64,000 bases of DNA from an uncultured Spirochaetota bacterium (GCA_963820525.1 CAWGAA010000001.1:64001-128000); one strand, 5' to 3'; shown: positions 18,188 through 29,170, numbered from the stretch's first letter. Notes: generated by a model from the sequence alone, not told the origin. Numbers and translations are program-made.

Positions 18188-21100
18188 ATGAGATTTTTCG
18201 TACGTTTCGCTTTTATTGCAATAGTCCTGATTGTTGTTCTCGCGCCGGCCGCTTTCTCCGACAGCGGTTTTCTCGATCTGTTCTCCCCGCAGTTCCTGGC
18301 GGGTGGAGGCGGAACAGCGACAATCAACTCACCGCAGGGCACCGTGCTCAACCCCGCCGCAAGCGGCGGCACACAGCGGGTCACGCTGGACCTCAGCTAC
18401 ATTCCGCTTATAGGTCTCGGATCTGAGACGGGGTGGGGCAACTTCGTGAACGCCGGGGTCACGCTTCCCTCGCGTGTGGGCGTCTTCAGCTTCACGGGCC
18501 GCTACGCCAGCGCTGCGTTTCCCAGCCTGGGTTGGGGGACCATGGGAGGGCTCACATTCTCCTTTGCCAAGGACCTCTTTCCCGACTTCTACGTGGGAGC
18601 GGGGCTCGGATTCGAGTATGGAAACGATTGGGGCCTGGGCCTCGATCTGGGGTTCATCCATCTGCCCGGCAATCTGGGAATCCTGAAGGATTTCCGCTGG
18701 GGCATCGCCATGCGCAACATGGGCAAGGCGTACACATATTCAACGTCGCCCGGCTCCTTGGGCTGGCCTCCCGCATTCACGCCCTCGATAGGCGCCCATT
18801 TCGCCCTGGTAAAGACCGACCTGCTCTCCCTTTCCTTCGATCCCGACATGTCGTTCCCCACGTTCCAGGACGCGCGTTTCAACATCGGAGGCGAGTTCTC
18901 CGTCGCCGACGTTTTTTTCATCGATGCCGCGTATACGCTGGATCTTCGCCAAACCCTGGGGACCGAGCCGACACGCTCGATCCCCGTATCCTTCGGCGTT
19001 TCGCTGAAGCTGAAGACGGACATCCTGAAAACGGATAACAAGGAAAATGCCTCCTTGGCCCAAAACGAGATCACGACTACCGTGGCGGCCATTCCTTTTG
19101 CGAGCGGGATATGGGGATTCGGCCTTGGCGCAAACATGCCTCTGGGCGTCGTCGACAGGAACCCCCCCGTCATCTCCATCGATACGCAGGGAGAGAAATA
19201 CATCTCGCCCAACTTCGACGGCGTGAAGGACGACCTCGTTCTTCCCCTCTCGATCACCGACGAGAGGTTCGTGAAGGGCTTCCGCTTCATCGTGCAGGAT
19301 TCCGGGGGAAAGGACGTGCGCGTCATCCTGAACAAGGAGGACAGGCCGGAAAACCGCGATGTGGGAGGCCTCATCTCCCGCCTTTTCTATGTGAAAAGCG
19401 GAATTGCGATCCCGGAATCGATCCGCTGGGACGGGAAATCCGACGCGGGGGCCGTTGTGCCCGACGGAGCATACAGCTACTTCGTCGAGGCATGGGATGA
19501 CAACAACAACACGGGAAAGAGCGCGGTGGGGACGGTTGTGGTCGACAACACTCCTCCAACCGTCAGCGTGACCGCTCCCTATCTCATCTTCTCGCCGGAT
19601 GGGGACGGCAACAAGGACACGCTGCCGCTCCAGCAGACCGGCTCCAAGGAAGACTCGTGGGTCGGCTCCGTCCGGACTGTGACGGGTGAAGATGTGGCCT
19701 CCTTCTCGTGGCAGGACGCCGCGCCGCCCGCCTTCGCGTGGGACGGAAAAACCAAGCAGGGAGTGCTCGCGCCGGACGGAGTCTACAGCTACCACGTCAC
19801 GGCGACAGACCGCGCGGGAAACTCCGCCTCGGCGGACCTTGCCAACATCATCATCGATACCCAGAAGAAGCCGGTCCAGCTCTCCATAGATCTGTCCTAT
19901 TTCTCTCCGAATGGAGATGGTGTGAAGGACGCGGTGACATTCGGGCTTCAGGTTCCCGTGACCACGGGGATCGAAAAGTGGAGCCTCGCCATCTCCGACT
20001 CGTCGGGCTCGGCAAAGAAGACCTTCGAAGGCACGGTCACGATTCCGGGCTCGATTCTGTGGGATGGAAAGGACGACGCGGGAAAGGTCGTGCAGGAGGG
20101 CGGCTACAAGGCGAAGCTCTCCATTCTGTACGTCAACGGAAGCAATCCGACCGCGGAGTCGCCGCTCATCACGATAGACCTGACAACTCCTGCGGCGGCG
20201 ACGAAGGCGGACCTCGCCGTCTTCTCTCCCAACGGGGACGGCAACAAGGACACCGTGACGGTGTTCCAGGACACCTCGGATGAGCTTTTCTGGACCGGGA
20301 CCTTCAAGAACGCCGCGGGCAAGGACGTGAAGACGGTGGTATGGAGGGGAAAGGCGGACTCGAAGTTCGTCTGGGACGGCAGGGGAGATGACGGGAGCCT
20401 GCTCCCGGACGGGGCCTACACCTATGTCCTCGCTTCGACGGACAGGGCGGGCAATGTGGGGGCTTCGGCGCCTGTGACGATCAAGATCGACACAGAGGAG
20501 ACCCCCGTGCGCGTCTCCACGGACCTCACGTACTTCTCTCCGAACGCGGACAGCGTCAAGGACAAGGTGCGGATCATCCCCTCGCTGCGCATTGCAGCGG
20601 GGGTGGACTCGTTCACCGTCCGCATCAAGAACGCGAAGGGTGATGTCGTTCGCACCTTCACGGGCAAGAACAGGGCTCCGGAGGACATATCGTGGGACGG
20701 CATCGACGATACCGGCAGGCGCGCCGCCGACGGGCAGTACAGCGCGGCCCTCGAGGTCGTCTACGTGAACGGCAACCGGTCCAAGGCCGACAGCAACGCC
20801 TTCTTCGTGGACACCCGCTATCCCCAGATCGACGTGACGGCGGACGTGATGCTCTTCTCTCCCGACGGTGATGGGAGGCTCGACTCCATCACGGTCAAGC
20901 AGAGCTCAAGCGATGAGGACCTGTGGGAAGGGGAGCTGCGCAATGCCAAGGGCGACAAGGTCCGGGGCTGGTTCTGGAAGGGTAAGGCGGCGAACTTCAC
21001 CTGGGATGGAAAGGACGAGAACGGCAACACGGTGCCCGATGGAAGCTATACCTACGTCGTGAAATCCCAGAGCAAGGCGGGCAATACCACCGTGAAGGAG

Positions 21101-22186
21101 CTGCGCGGGATCCAGATTGACACGCGGCCGACCTCCGCCTACATCACGGCGTCTTCAAGCGGATTCTCCCCCAACGGCGACGGCTTCATGGATTCCATAA
21201 ACTTCTCCCCGATCGTCGGCATGAAGGACGGGATCAAGTCCTGGAAGATCAGCATGGCCAGCGCTGCGTCGGGCGTCCAGAAGGAGTTCTCAGGGCCGGC
21301 CCCCGTGCCCGCCAGCGTCACCTGGGACGGCAAGGAAACGTCGGGGTCCCGGCTCGCTGCCGAGGGCGCCTATACGGCAATTCTCCAGGTCGAGTACTAC
21401 AAGGGCAACCTCGCCGAGGCAAAGACCGCGTCGTTCCTCATGGAGGCGACTCCGCCCAAGGTCGACATCAGTCTCGGCCCCCTGCCGTTCTCTCCCGACA
21501 ACGACGGGATGAACGACGAGCTCACCATCGGCATCAAGGTGGACGGGCCGGCGCCCATCGACAGCTGGGGCATCCAGATCCTCGACCCCGCCGAGCACCC
21601 CTTCGCGTCCTTCTCCGGCAAGGGCGCTCCGGCCGAGAAGATCATCTGGAACGGGACGTCCAACACGGGAGAGCTTGTCGAGTCCGCGGAGGACTACCCG
21701 CTGGTCTTCACGATCAAGGACGCGCTGGGCAATGTCGGCACCCTGCGCAAGCTCATTCCCGTGGACATCCTGGTGATCAGGGACGGCGAGAACCTGAAGG
21801 TGAGGATCGCGAGCATCACCTTCTCCGCCAACACGGCAGACTACGTGAACGTGGAGCCGGACAAGGCGGAGAAGAACGCCAGGACCATCTCGCGGCTGGC
21901 CGAGATCTTCAAGAAATACAGCCGCTACAAGATCACGATCCAGGGCCACGCGAACCTGGTAAACTTCGACAATCCCGCCAAGGCCAAACAGGAGCAGGAA
22001 CAGGAGCTCCTGCCCCTGTCCAAGGCGCGGGCAGATTCCATCAAGGATGCCCTCGTTCGGGAAGGAATCGAGGTGCGCAGGATCTCCACCATCGGGGTGG
22101 GAGCATCGCAGCCCGTCGTGCCGTTCAGCGACCTGGACAACCGCTGGAAGAACAGGCGCGTCGAGTTCATCCTCGTACGCGAGTAG
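18188..22186 (+). CDS. Giant envelope protein: signal peptide, putative beta-barrel, 8 FlgD-Ig/CHU_C-like repeats, C-terminal OmpA domain
   Basis: Eight SPxxDxxxD...W(D/N)G...Y units; OmpA motifs ITF, IQGHAN, LSKARA..IK..L...GI, NRRVEF. Confidence 0.88.
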   Translation: MRFFVRFAFIAIVLIVVLAPAAFSDSGFLDLFSPQFLAGGGGTATINSPQGTVLNPAASGGTQRVTLDLSYIPLIGLGSETGWGNFVNAGVTLPSRVGVFSFTGRYASAAFPSLGWGTMGGLTFSFAKDLFPDFYVGAGLGFEYGNDWGLGLDLGFIHLPGNLGILKDFRWGIAMRNMGKAYTYSTSPGSLGWPPAFTPSIGAHFALVKTDLLSLSFDPDMSFPTFQDARFNIGGEFSVADVFFIDAAYTLDLRQTLGTEPTRSIPVSFGVSLKLKTDILKTDNKENASLAQNEITTTVAAIPFASGIWGFGLGANMPLGVVDRNPPVISIDTQGEKYISPNFDGVKDDLVLPLSITDERFVKGFRFIVQDSGGKDVRVILNKEDRPENRDVGGLISRLFYVKSGIAIPESIRWDGKSDAGAVVPDGAYSYFVEAWDDNNNTGKSAVGTVVVDNTPPTVSVTAPYLIFSPDGDGNKDTLPLQQTGSKEDSWVGSVRTVTGEDVASFSWQDAAPPAFAWDGKTKQGVLAPDGVYSYHVTATDRAGNSASADLANIIIDTQKKPVQLSIDLSYFSPNGDGVKDAVTFGLQVPVTTGIEKWSLAISDSSGSAKKTFEGTVTIPGSILWDGKDDAGKVVQEGGYKAKLSILYVNGSNPTAESPLITIDLTTPAAATKADLAVFSPNGDGNKDTVTVFQDTSDELFWTGTFKNAAGKDVKTVVWRGKADSKFVWDGRGDDGSLLPDGAYTYVLASTDRAGNVGASAPVTIKIDTEETPVRVSTDLTYFSPNADSVKDKVRIIPSLRIAAGVDSFTVRIKNAKGDVVRTFTGKNRAPEDISWDGIDDTGRRAADGQYSAALEVVYVNGNRSKADSNAFFVDTRYPQIDVTADVMLFSPDGDGRLDSITVKQSSSDEDLWEGELRNAKGDKVRGWFWKGKAANFTWDGKDENGNTVPDGSYTYVVKSQSKAGNTTVKELRGIQIDTRPTSAYITASSSGFSPNGDGFMDSINFSPIVGMKDGIKSWKISMASAASGVQKEFSGPAPVPASVTWDGKETSGSRLAAEGAYTAILQVEYYKGNLAEAKTASFLMEATPPKVDISLGPLPFSPDNDGMNDELTIGIKVDGPAPIDSWGIQILDPAEHPFASFSGKGAPAEKIIWNGTSNTGELVESAEDYPLVFTIKDALGNVGTLRKLIPVDILVIRDGENLKVRIASITFSANTADYVNVEPDKAEKNARTISRLAEIFKKYSRYKITIQGHANLVNFDNPAKAKQEQEQELLPLSKARADSIKDALVREGIEVRRISTIGVGASQPVVPFSDLDNRWKNRRVEFILVRE

Positions 22187-22187
22187 C

Positions 22188-23198
22188 GTGAGGGTCCCCG
22201 TCCGCCTCGTCGCGGCGGCGCTCGGAGCGATCCTGGGCGCCGTCGCGATTTTTCTCTATCTCGACTCCAGCCCTGTGCAAAGGTCCTCGGGCGAGCGGGT
22301 GTTCTCGATTTCGAAGGGAGAGAACCTCACCAGGATCGCGGACCGTCTCCAGAGGGAGGGGCTGATACGGTTCGCCCCCCTTTTGCGCCTGGTCTCCAGA
22401 GCGAGAGGAACGGAAGGCGCGTTCAAGGCAGGATACTACCGCGTGCCCGCCGGCTCGACCACCACGGCAATCCACCGCCTCCTGGTCTCCGGGGCCGAAA
22501 CCCTGGAGAAGATCACGATCCCCGAGGGATGGACCTCCCGAAAGATAGCTCTCCTTCTGGAGTCCCGGGGCATCTGCTCCGCCGTGGATTTCATGGCCGC
22601 GGCCAGGTCGCCCGAGCTGGCGGCCCGGCTGGGAGTGCCGGCCCAGAGCCTCGAGGGCTACCTCTTCCCCGACACGTATTTTCTCCCCGAGGGTTTTCCC
22701 GCGGATGCCCTGGCCGAGCTCATGGTGAAGAATTTCTTCGAAAACCTCTCGGCCATCGCGCCTCAGTGGACGGCCCTGAGCCCCCGGAAGCTCGCCGACA
22801 CGGTCATCCTGGCGTCCATCGTGGAGCGGGAGTACCGCATCGACGCGGAGGCGCCTCTTATCACGTCCGTGTTCGAGAACCGCCTGGCGGCGAACATGGG
22901 GCTTGAATCGTGTGCCACTCTTGAATATATTATTACGGAGATCCAGCTAAAGGCACACCCGGAGTACATATCCCTTGAGGATGAGCGCCTTGATTCTCCC
23001 TACAACACGTATAAGTGGGCGGGATTGCCTCCCGGTCCCATTTCGGAGCCGGGGAGAATCGCGCTGGAGGCGGCATTCCATCCGGCGCATACCGATTACA
23101 TGTACTTCGTGCTGCGAGATCCGGATTCGGGACGCCACTACTTCTCCAGGGACCTTCGAGAGCACATCCAGGCGAAGTTTCTCTACCTGAAGAAATAG
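22188..23198 (+). CDS. mltG: Endolytic transglycosylase MltG
   Basis: TIPEGW, LEGYLFPDTY, LASIVERE, SPYNTY...GLPPGPI, YFV. Confidence 0.95.
   Translation: MRVPVRLVAAALGAILGAVAIFLYLDSSPVQRSSGERVFSISKGENLTRIADRLQREGLIRFAPLLRLVSRARGTEGAFKAGYYRVPAGSTTTAIHRLLVSGAETLEKITIPEGWTSRKIALLLESRGICSAVDFMAAARSPELAARLGVPAQSLEGYLFPDTYFLPEGFPADALAELMVKNFFENLSAIAPQWTALSPRKLADTVILASIVEREYRIDAEAPLITSVFENRLAANMGLESCATLEYIITEIQLKAHPEYISLEDERLDSPYNTYKWAGLPPGPISEPGRIALEAAFHPAHTDYMYFVLRDPDSGRHYFSRDLREHIQAKFLYLKK
22903..22931 (+). promoter_or_regulatory. Putative promoter internal to mltG, upstream of dnaG-rpoD
   Basis: TTGAAT-N17-TATATT in a locally AT-rich codon patch. Confidence 0.55.
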
Positions 23199-23204
23199 GA
23201 GAGC

Positions 23205-25013
23205 ATGAGGATACCGCAGGCCACGCTCTCGGAGATCCAGAACCGTCTCGACCTGGCGGAGGTGGTGGGAGAGTACGTTGCCCTCCAGAAGAGGGGAAAC
23301 CGCTACTGGGGCAGGTGTCCTTTCCACGAGGAGAAGACCCCCTCGTTCAGCGTGACCCCCGACAAGGGCGTGTTCTATTGCTTCGGCTGCCACAAGGGGG
23401 GCGGGCTGTACCAGTTCGTGATGGAGCTGGAGAAGGTGTCGTTCATCGACGCGGTCGAGATGCTGGCAAAGAAAGCCGGTGTCGAGATTCAACGGGAGGA
23501 AGGGGAGAAGGGCGGCGTCAAGAGGGAAACATTCCTGGAGCTGAACAGGCGGCTCGCGGGGAGCTTCCACTGGCTGCTCACGGAAAGTCCCCGCGGGGAG
23601 GCTGCTCGTGCTTATCTGGAGGGCAGGGGAGTGCCCCGGGAAACGATCGAGGCTTTCCAGCTGGGCTATGCCCCCCCGGACAGGGAATGGCTGGAAAGAT
23701 TCCTCACGGGGAAGAATTATTCGGAAGACTTCCTTGCCAAAACGGGGCTTTTTTCGGAATCGGCCCGGGGGAGGACGGCGCTCTTCGCCAACCGGATCAT
23801 CTTCCCCATCGCGAACCTCCGCGGCGAGATCATTGCTTTCGGGGGACGCGCGCTTGGAGAAGGGGTTCCGAAGTACTTGAACTCCCCGGAGACCTCCTTT
23901 TTCAGAAAAGGAGAGAACCTTTTCGGAATCGACAAGGCGCTCCCCGCGATAAAGAAGGGGGACGCGGCGATCGTCGTGGAAGGTTACATGGATGTGCTCG
24001 CCATGCACCAGGCGGGGATCACCAACTGCGTTGCGCCCCTGGGGACGGCGCTCACCGAAACCCAGGTGAAGGTCCTGAAGCGGGCCGCGTCTCGGTGTAT
24101 CCTTGTCTTCGACGGAGACGAGGCGGGCGAGAAGGCGACCCTCAGGGCGGTGGAAATGCTGGAAAGACAGGAGCTCGCCGCCCACGTGGTTGCGCTTCCC
24201 GATGGGCAGGACCCGGCCGATATCGTGCAACGCGAGGGGCGCAGGGGGATCGAGAGGTGCCTGGAGGCGGCGCAGCCGTGCTTCGCGTTCCTCCTGGAAA
24301 AGGTCATGGGCCGCCATGACCGCTCCACGCCGGAAGGAAAGGAGAGGATCCGCGATTTTCTCCTCCCCTTCATTGCCGCGGCCGGCTCCCGTGTGCGCGC
24401 CGACGACTACATGCGGAGGCTTGCCGAGGCGATTACTGTCGACGAAGGCGCCGTCCGCGCTGATTTTGCCTCCTGGAAGCGCGGGCTGCGCCAGGGTCAC
24501 GCTTCGAAAGGCGAGGGGGAGGAAGGGAGAGGCTCTTCGACGGACCTGTTCCTCATGCTTGCCCTGGCGATTCACCAGGAGCTGTTCCCCCGGGTGCGTT
24601 CGAGCGGCATCGCGCTTTCCGACCTGGAGGATCCGCGGGCCCGGGAGCTGTTCGTCGCGCTGGAAGAGGCGTTCCGGGCCGAAGAGATGTCCTTCGATGC
24701 CCTGCTTGCCCGCGTGGAGGATGAGACGCTGAAGGAGACGTTGGTGCGCAGCGTCTCAAGCGGAGAGTTCGACGTGAACCAGGAAAAGGCCGTCGAAGAC
24801 GGCGTGAAGAGGATCAAGCAGAGGACCTTGAAGAGGAAGAGCGACGAGCTGGCCGCCCAGATGAGGCGGATGGAGAGCGAGAAAACGGACCCGGCGCAGA
24901 TGCGGCAGATGCTTGCGGAGAAGATGCATCTGGACGACGAGCTGGCGAAGCTCCGCGCGAAATCTTCGACGGATCCCAAAACTTCGAGAGGAGAGCAGGA
25001 CACCGGCATATGA
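23205..25013 (+). CDS. dnaG: DNA primase
   Basis: [11 protein letters not shown]...[40 protein letters not shown]. Confidence 0.97.
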   Translation: MRIPQATLSEIQNRLDLAEVVGEYVALQKRGNRYWGRCPFHEEKTPSFSVTPDKGVFYCFGCHKGGGLYQFVMELEKVSFIDAVEMLAKKAGVEIQREEGEKGGVKRETFLELNRRLAGSFHWLLTESPRGEAARAYLEGRGVPRETIEAFQLGYAPPDREWLERFLTGKNYSEDFLAKTGLFSESARGRTALFANRIIFPIANLRGEIIAFGGRALGEGVPKYLNSPETSFFRKGENLFGIDKALPAIKKGDAAIVVEGYMDVLAMHQAGITNCVAPLGTALTETQVKVLKRAASRCILVFDGDEAGEKATLRAVEMLERQELAAHVVALPDGQDPADIVQREGRRGIERCLEAAQPCFAFLLEKVMGRHDRSTPEGKERIRDFLLPFIAAAGSRVRADDYMRRLAEAITVDEGAVRADFASWKRGLRQGHASKGEGEEGRGSSTDLFLMLALAIHQELFPRVRSSGIALSDLEDPRARELFVALEEAFRAEEMSFDALLARVEDETLKETLVRSVSSGEFDVNQEKAVEDGVKRIKQRTLKRKSDELAAQMRRMESEKTDPAQMRQMLAEKMHLDDELAKLRAKSSTDPKTSRGEQDTGI

Positions 25014-26746
25014 AGGTGACGATTGACATCCAGAACGACCCCGCCATCAAGAAGCTGCTGGAATTTGCCAAGGGCAAGAAGAGCATCAGCTACGACGAGG
25101 TGAATGATTTCCTCCCCAACTCGATCGTCAACTCGGATCGCATCGAGGAGGTCATCGCCCTGCTCGAGAAGAACAGCATCAAGCTGGAGGACGAGGAGAT
25201 CAACCTCGAGCTGGAAGAGGACAAGACGGCCAAGGACAGGAAGAAGCTGATCTACAGCGACAAGGAGTCCTCGGTCGACGACCCGATCCGCCTCTACCTG
25301 CGGGAGATCGGAAAGGAAAACCTCCTCACCGCGGAACAGGAGGTGGAGCTCTCCAAGAGGATGGAGGAGGGCGAGGCCATCATCAAGAACGTGCTGAAAG
25401 CTTCAGGAGTGATCAACCGCGAGTACTTCAAGATCGCGCTGCGACCCCCCGTTGGAAGGGATCTGCGGGACGCGGCCTCCTTTCGACGCGAGGCGGCGCA
25501 GCTCATGGCGGACGCCCGCCGCTCCGGCTCCTATGCCAAGGAAACGGGGAGGGAAAGCCTTCCCTCCGCCAAGCGCTACATGGACGCCAGGAGGCAGCCG
25601 GAGAGCGAGGGGGGCGACATCCTCGACGATGAGCTTCTGGAAAGAAGCACGGACTCCTCCGACTCGCGCAAGCTGATGGACCTCCGCCCCGAGGAGATCG
25701 GTGCGATCGCGGAGAAATTCGTGAGCGGGGCCCGGAAGATCCGCTCCATCCAGAAGGAGCAGGCCCGCGTGGAGAAGCGCCTGAAGGCGGGCAGCCCCAA
25801 GGACCTCAAGACGCTGGCCAAGAAGATCCTCTCCGTCTCCGCGGCGGATCGGGAGAAGATCGAAAAGAGCGCGGGGCTGGGCATCGAGCGCGTGCGGGAG
25901 CTCATGCGCATCTATCAGACCAACGAGAAGAAGCTCTCGCGCTACGAGGCGCTGTTCAGCTCGAACCTCCCCAGCATCCTCACCATGGCGGACGAGATCG
26001 ACCGCGGCCGCGTGCTGTTGAAGGAGGCCAAGGACAGGCTGATCAAGGCCAACCTCCGCCTCGTCGTGAGCATCGCCAAGAAGTACACCAACCGCGGCCT
26101 GCACTTCTTCGACCTCGTGCAGGAGGGGAACATCGGGCTCATCAAGGCGGTGGAGAAGTTCGAGTACAGGAAGGGCTACAAGTTCTCCACCTATGCCACC
26201 TGGTGGATCCGCCAGGCCATCACCCGCTCGATCTCGGACCAGGCGCGAACGATCCGCGTGCCCGTTCACATGATCGAGCAGATCAACAAGGTGATGCGCG
26301 AGAGCCGACAGCTCATGCAGATCCTCGGGAGGGAGCCCACAGATGACGAGGTCGCCGAGAAGCTGGGCTGGGCCACGGGACGGGTGAAGGCCGTAAAGAG
26401 CGTCGCGCGCGAGCCCATCTCCCTCGAGACCCCCATCGGCGAGGAGGAGGACTCGCTCCTGGGCGATTTCATCGAGGACAAGGAGGTGGAAAGCCCCTCC
26501 AATATGACAGCCTTCCGTCTCCTGCAGGAGCAGCTGGAGACCGTCCTCGCCACTCTGCCGCCGCGGGAGCAGGAGGTGCTGAAGATGCGCTTCGGCCTCG
26601 AAGACGGCTACTCCTTGACTCTTGAGGAGGTGGGACTCTATTTTAACGTGACCCGCGAGCGGATACGGCAGATCGAGGCCAAGGCCCTTCGAAGGCTCAG
26701 GCATCCGACAAGAAGCCGAAGGCTCAAGGACTATCTCGAACATTAA
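25010..26746 (+). CDS. rpoD: Primary sigma factor RpoD
   Basis: [58 protein letters not shown]. Confidence 0.98.
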   Translation: MKVTIDIQNDPAIKKLLEFAKGKKSISYDEVNDFLPNSIVNSDRIEEVIALLEKNSIKLEDEEINLELEEDKTAKDRKKLIYSDKESSVDDPIRLYLREIGKENLLTAEQEVELSKRMEEGEAIIKNVLKASGVINREYFKIALRPPVGRDLRDAASFRREAAQLMADARRSGSYAKETGRESLPSAKRYMDARRQPESEGGDILDDELLERSTDSSDSRKLMDLRPEEIGAIAEKFVSGARKIRSIQKEQARVEKRLKAGSPKDLKTLAKKILSVSAADREKIEKSAGLGIERVRELMRIYQTNEKKLSRYEALFSSNLPSILTMADEIDRGRVLLKEAKDRLIKANLRLVVSIAKKYTNRGLHFFDLVQEGNIGLIKAVEKFEYRKGYKFSTYATWWIRQAITRSISDQARTIRVPVHMIEQINKVMRESRQLMQILGREPTDDEVAEKLGWATGRVKAVKSVAREPISLETPIGEEEDSLLGDFIEDKEVESPSNMTAFRLLQEQLETVLATLPPREQEVLKMRFGLEDGYSLTLEEVGLYFNVTRERIRQIEAKALRRLRHPTRSRRLKDYLEH

Positions 26747-26760
26747 AGGGGAATGGAAAA

Positions 26761-27582
26761 ATGGCACGAACCGTATACGACAAGCTCCGGGCTCTCCAGG
26801 ATGTCCTTTCGCGCAAGTTCGAAGTCGAGAAGGAGATCCTCGAGATCCCCAAGTCCCTGGCAACCAAGACGGAGCTTCTCAACAGGGTGAAGAAATCCTC
26901 CATGGACAAGGCCGCCAGCCACCAGGGCGCCCTGACGCGGATAGAGGAGCTCACGCAGAAGCTCACCGATGCGGAGCAGGCCCGCGAGAAGTACGAGGGC
27001 CAGATGGATCTCATCAAGACCCAGAGAGAGTACGAGGCGCTGGACAAGGAGATCAAGGAAGCCACGGAGAAGGAGCAGACCCTGCGCAAGGAGCTCCAGC
27101 GCGAGCAGGGCATGGCTGAAGAGCTCAAAGGGTCGCTTGAAAAAGAAGAGATGATGATCAAGAAGCAGGAGGAGGACGTCAAGGAGGAGCAGTCCAAAAT
27201 CAAGCTCAAGATCAAGGAAAAGAACCAGGAGCTGAAGAAGCTCCTGAACGAGGAAAAGAAAATCACTCCGGGTCTCGACGAAGAGATCCTTTTCAAGTTC
27301 GAGCGGATCATCAAGAGCAAGGCCGGCGTCGGCATCGTCTCCCTCGCCAAAGGCGTCTGCATGGGATGCTACATGATCCTGCCCCCCCAATTCGTGAACA
27401 CGGTTCGCCTTGGCGAGAAGGTGGAGTTCTGCCCCTACTGCAGCAGGATCCTCTTCTACTCCGATGAGGAGGAAGAGGAAAGCCTGGAGACCGCCATCTT
27501 GGAGGAAGAGGCCGAGGAAGAGGAGGAAGAGGAGGAGGAGCAGGAGGAAGAAGCGCCGGAAGACGAAGAAGAGGAGATCTGA
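26761..27582 (+). CDS. Coiled-coil C4 zinc-ribbon protein (DUF164 / CT398-HP0958 family) with poly-Glu tail
   Basis: Long coiled coil, REYEALDKEI, CMGC...CPYCSRILF, acidic tail. Confidence 0.9.
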   Translation: MARTVYDKLRALQDVLSRKFEVEKEILEIPKSLATKTELLNRVKKSSMDKAASHQGALTRIEELTQKLTDAEQAREKYEGQMDLIKTQREYEALDKEIKEATEKEQTLRKELQREQGMAEELKGSLEKEEMMIKKQEEDVKEEQSKIKLKIKEKNQELKKLLNEEKKITPGLDEEILFKFERIIKSKAGVGIVSLAKGVCMGCYMILPPQFVNTVRLGEKVEFCPYCSRILFYSDEEEEESLETAILEEEAEEEEEEEEEQEEEAPEDEEEEI

Positions 27583-27729
27583 AGCCGCTCACGATTCCGC
27601 TCCCTTCCGCTGTATCGCTCACCGGACGCTGTTGCACCTCGCGCCTCCGCCGCCCCGCTTCGCTGCGGCGCCCTCCCGGCGTTTCTTACGAAGCGCCTGA
27701 CGGGTTGGATCTGCCGCAGAAATTACCGC

Positions 27730-27760
27730 TTGCGTATTTTCGCCCTTTGGGCGAAAATAT
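27730..27760 (+). promoter_or_regulatory. Putative rnpB promoter overlapped by an 11-bp inverted repeat
   Basis: TTGCGT-N17-GAAAAT, 6 nt before the rnpB 5' end; TATTTTCGCCC-TTT-GGGCGAAAATA. Confidence 0.5.
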
Positions 27761-27764
27761 TATA

Positions 27765-28165
27765 GGCAGATCAGGTCACCGCCTTCGGCGGGGAGTATGC
27801 CCCGTCAGGGAGGAAAGTCCGGGCTCCAGAGAGCAGAATGCCGGGTAACACCCGGGCCGAGCGTTTTCGAGCTTTGCTTAGAAAACGCAAGGACAGAGAG
27901 TGCCACAGAAAACATACCGGTCTTTACGGTTCCGAAAGGGACGCGGGAAGACCAAGGGTGAAAAGGCGAGGCAAGAGCTCACCGCCCGACCGGCGACGGC
28001 CGGGGCACGGAAAACCTCATTCGGAGCAAAGCCAAGCAGCAGGGGGTTGCTCGCCCGCCGGGGGTGAAATCCCGGCAACCTGCGGGTAGGCTGCTAGAGG
28101 GAGCGGGCAACCGCGGCCCCCAGAGAGATGGTGACCCACGACAGAACCCGGCTTATCGATCTGCC
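27765..28165 (+). ncRNA. rnpB: RNase P RNA (type A)
   Basis: GAGGAAAGTCCGGGCTC, AGTGCCACAGAAA, GGGTGAAAAGG, ACAGAACCCGGCTTA; P1 GGCAGATC/GATCTGCC, followed by a T8 tract. Confidence 0.97.
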
Positions 28166-28193
28166 GTTTTTTTTAGATTAAGGCACGGAAGGC

Positions 28194-29132
28194 ATGATCC
28201 TCAGCTACGATCACTATCATTCGGGACGGGGAAGGAGAGCGCGACGGAGGCTCATTCCCATCGCCGCGGTCCTCGTGCTCGCCGCCGTGGCTGTTGTCTT
28301 CATCCTGCGGATCCCCCAGAGGCTTCTCCCCGCCTCGGGGGCCCATGCCGGAGCGGGAAAGCTCGCAGAGCTCTGGAAGAACGAGCGCTACGACGAAGTC
28401 ATCTCGATCGCGGACGCCGTGCTCAAGAGCGACCCCCTCAACGCCAACGCCCTCGCCTACCGCGGGTTCGCCTCTTTCTACAAGGCGGTCTCCGCGTCGA
28501 CCCCCGAGGACAAGCTCCCGTTCCTCGACGATGCCATTGTCTGCCTGAGGCGGGCGAAGCTCGCCGGGACGTCGATGGCGGGCGAGACCGACTACGTGCT
28601 CGCCAAGGCATATTTCCACAAGGGGAAATTCACGTATGATCTCGCCGTCACGTACATGGAGAGCGCGCTCGCCCGCGGTTTCGTGCAGAAGGACAGCTAC
28701 GAATACCTCGGGCTTTCCTATACCCAGTTGGGAGACTTCGAGAAGGGGATCACCAACTTCCTCAAGGCGCTTCAGGAGGAGCAGAGCGATCTCCTGCTCT
28801 TGACAATCGGGCAAAGTTACTACCAGATGAAGCGTACCGCCGAAGCGGTCGACTATCTTCTGCGAGCCCTCAACAAGACGGAGGACAAGGCGATCGAGAA
28901 GAGGGCGCGCTTCCTGCTCGGTGAGATCTACCTTGACAGGAACGAGCTCTTCAAGGCTGAAGAGCAGTACAGTGCGATCACGCAGCTCGATTCCCAGTCG
29001 GCGGACGCGCACTTCTTCCTCGGAGAGGTGTACGCCAAGCTGAACGACCGCGTGAAGGCGCGGGCCGAGTGGAGGGCCGCCTTCCAAATCGACCCGTCAC
29101 ACTACGGAGCCAAGCTCCGCTTGTTCAAGTAG
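28194..29132 (+). CDS. Membrane-anchored tetratricopeptide-repeat protein
   Basis: N-terminal TM; TPR units YLGLSYTQLGDFEKGI, FLLGEIY, AHFFLGEVY..L. Confidence 0.88.
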   Translation: MILSYDHYHSGRGRRARRRLIPIAAVLVLAAVAVVFILRIPQRLLPASGAHAGAGKLAELWKNERYDEVISIADAVLKSDPLNANALAYRGFASFYKAVSASTPEDKLPFLDDAIVCLRRAKLAGTSMAGETDYVLAKAYFHKGKFTYDLAVTYMESALARGFVQKDSYEYLGLSYTQLGDFEKGITNFLKALQEEQSDLLLLTIGQSYYQMKRTAEAVDYLLRALNKTEDKAIEKRARFLLGEIYLDRNELFKAEEQYSAITQLDSQSADAHFFLGEVYAKLNDRVKARAEWRAAFQIDPSHYGAKLRLFK

Positions 29133-29170
29133 CAAAGGGGTCCGGCCGGCCGCCCTGAGGAGGATGTCTG

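Noticed and set aside
18188..22186. Type IX secretion system suggested by CHU_C-like repeats and a PorV-like barrel
   Set aside because: No porK/L/M/N or sprA homologues in the window, and the repeats are internal rather than C-terminal sorting signals.
27838..28089. ORFs of 83 and 66 aa
   Set aside because: They lie within the RNase P RNA gene.
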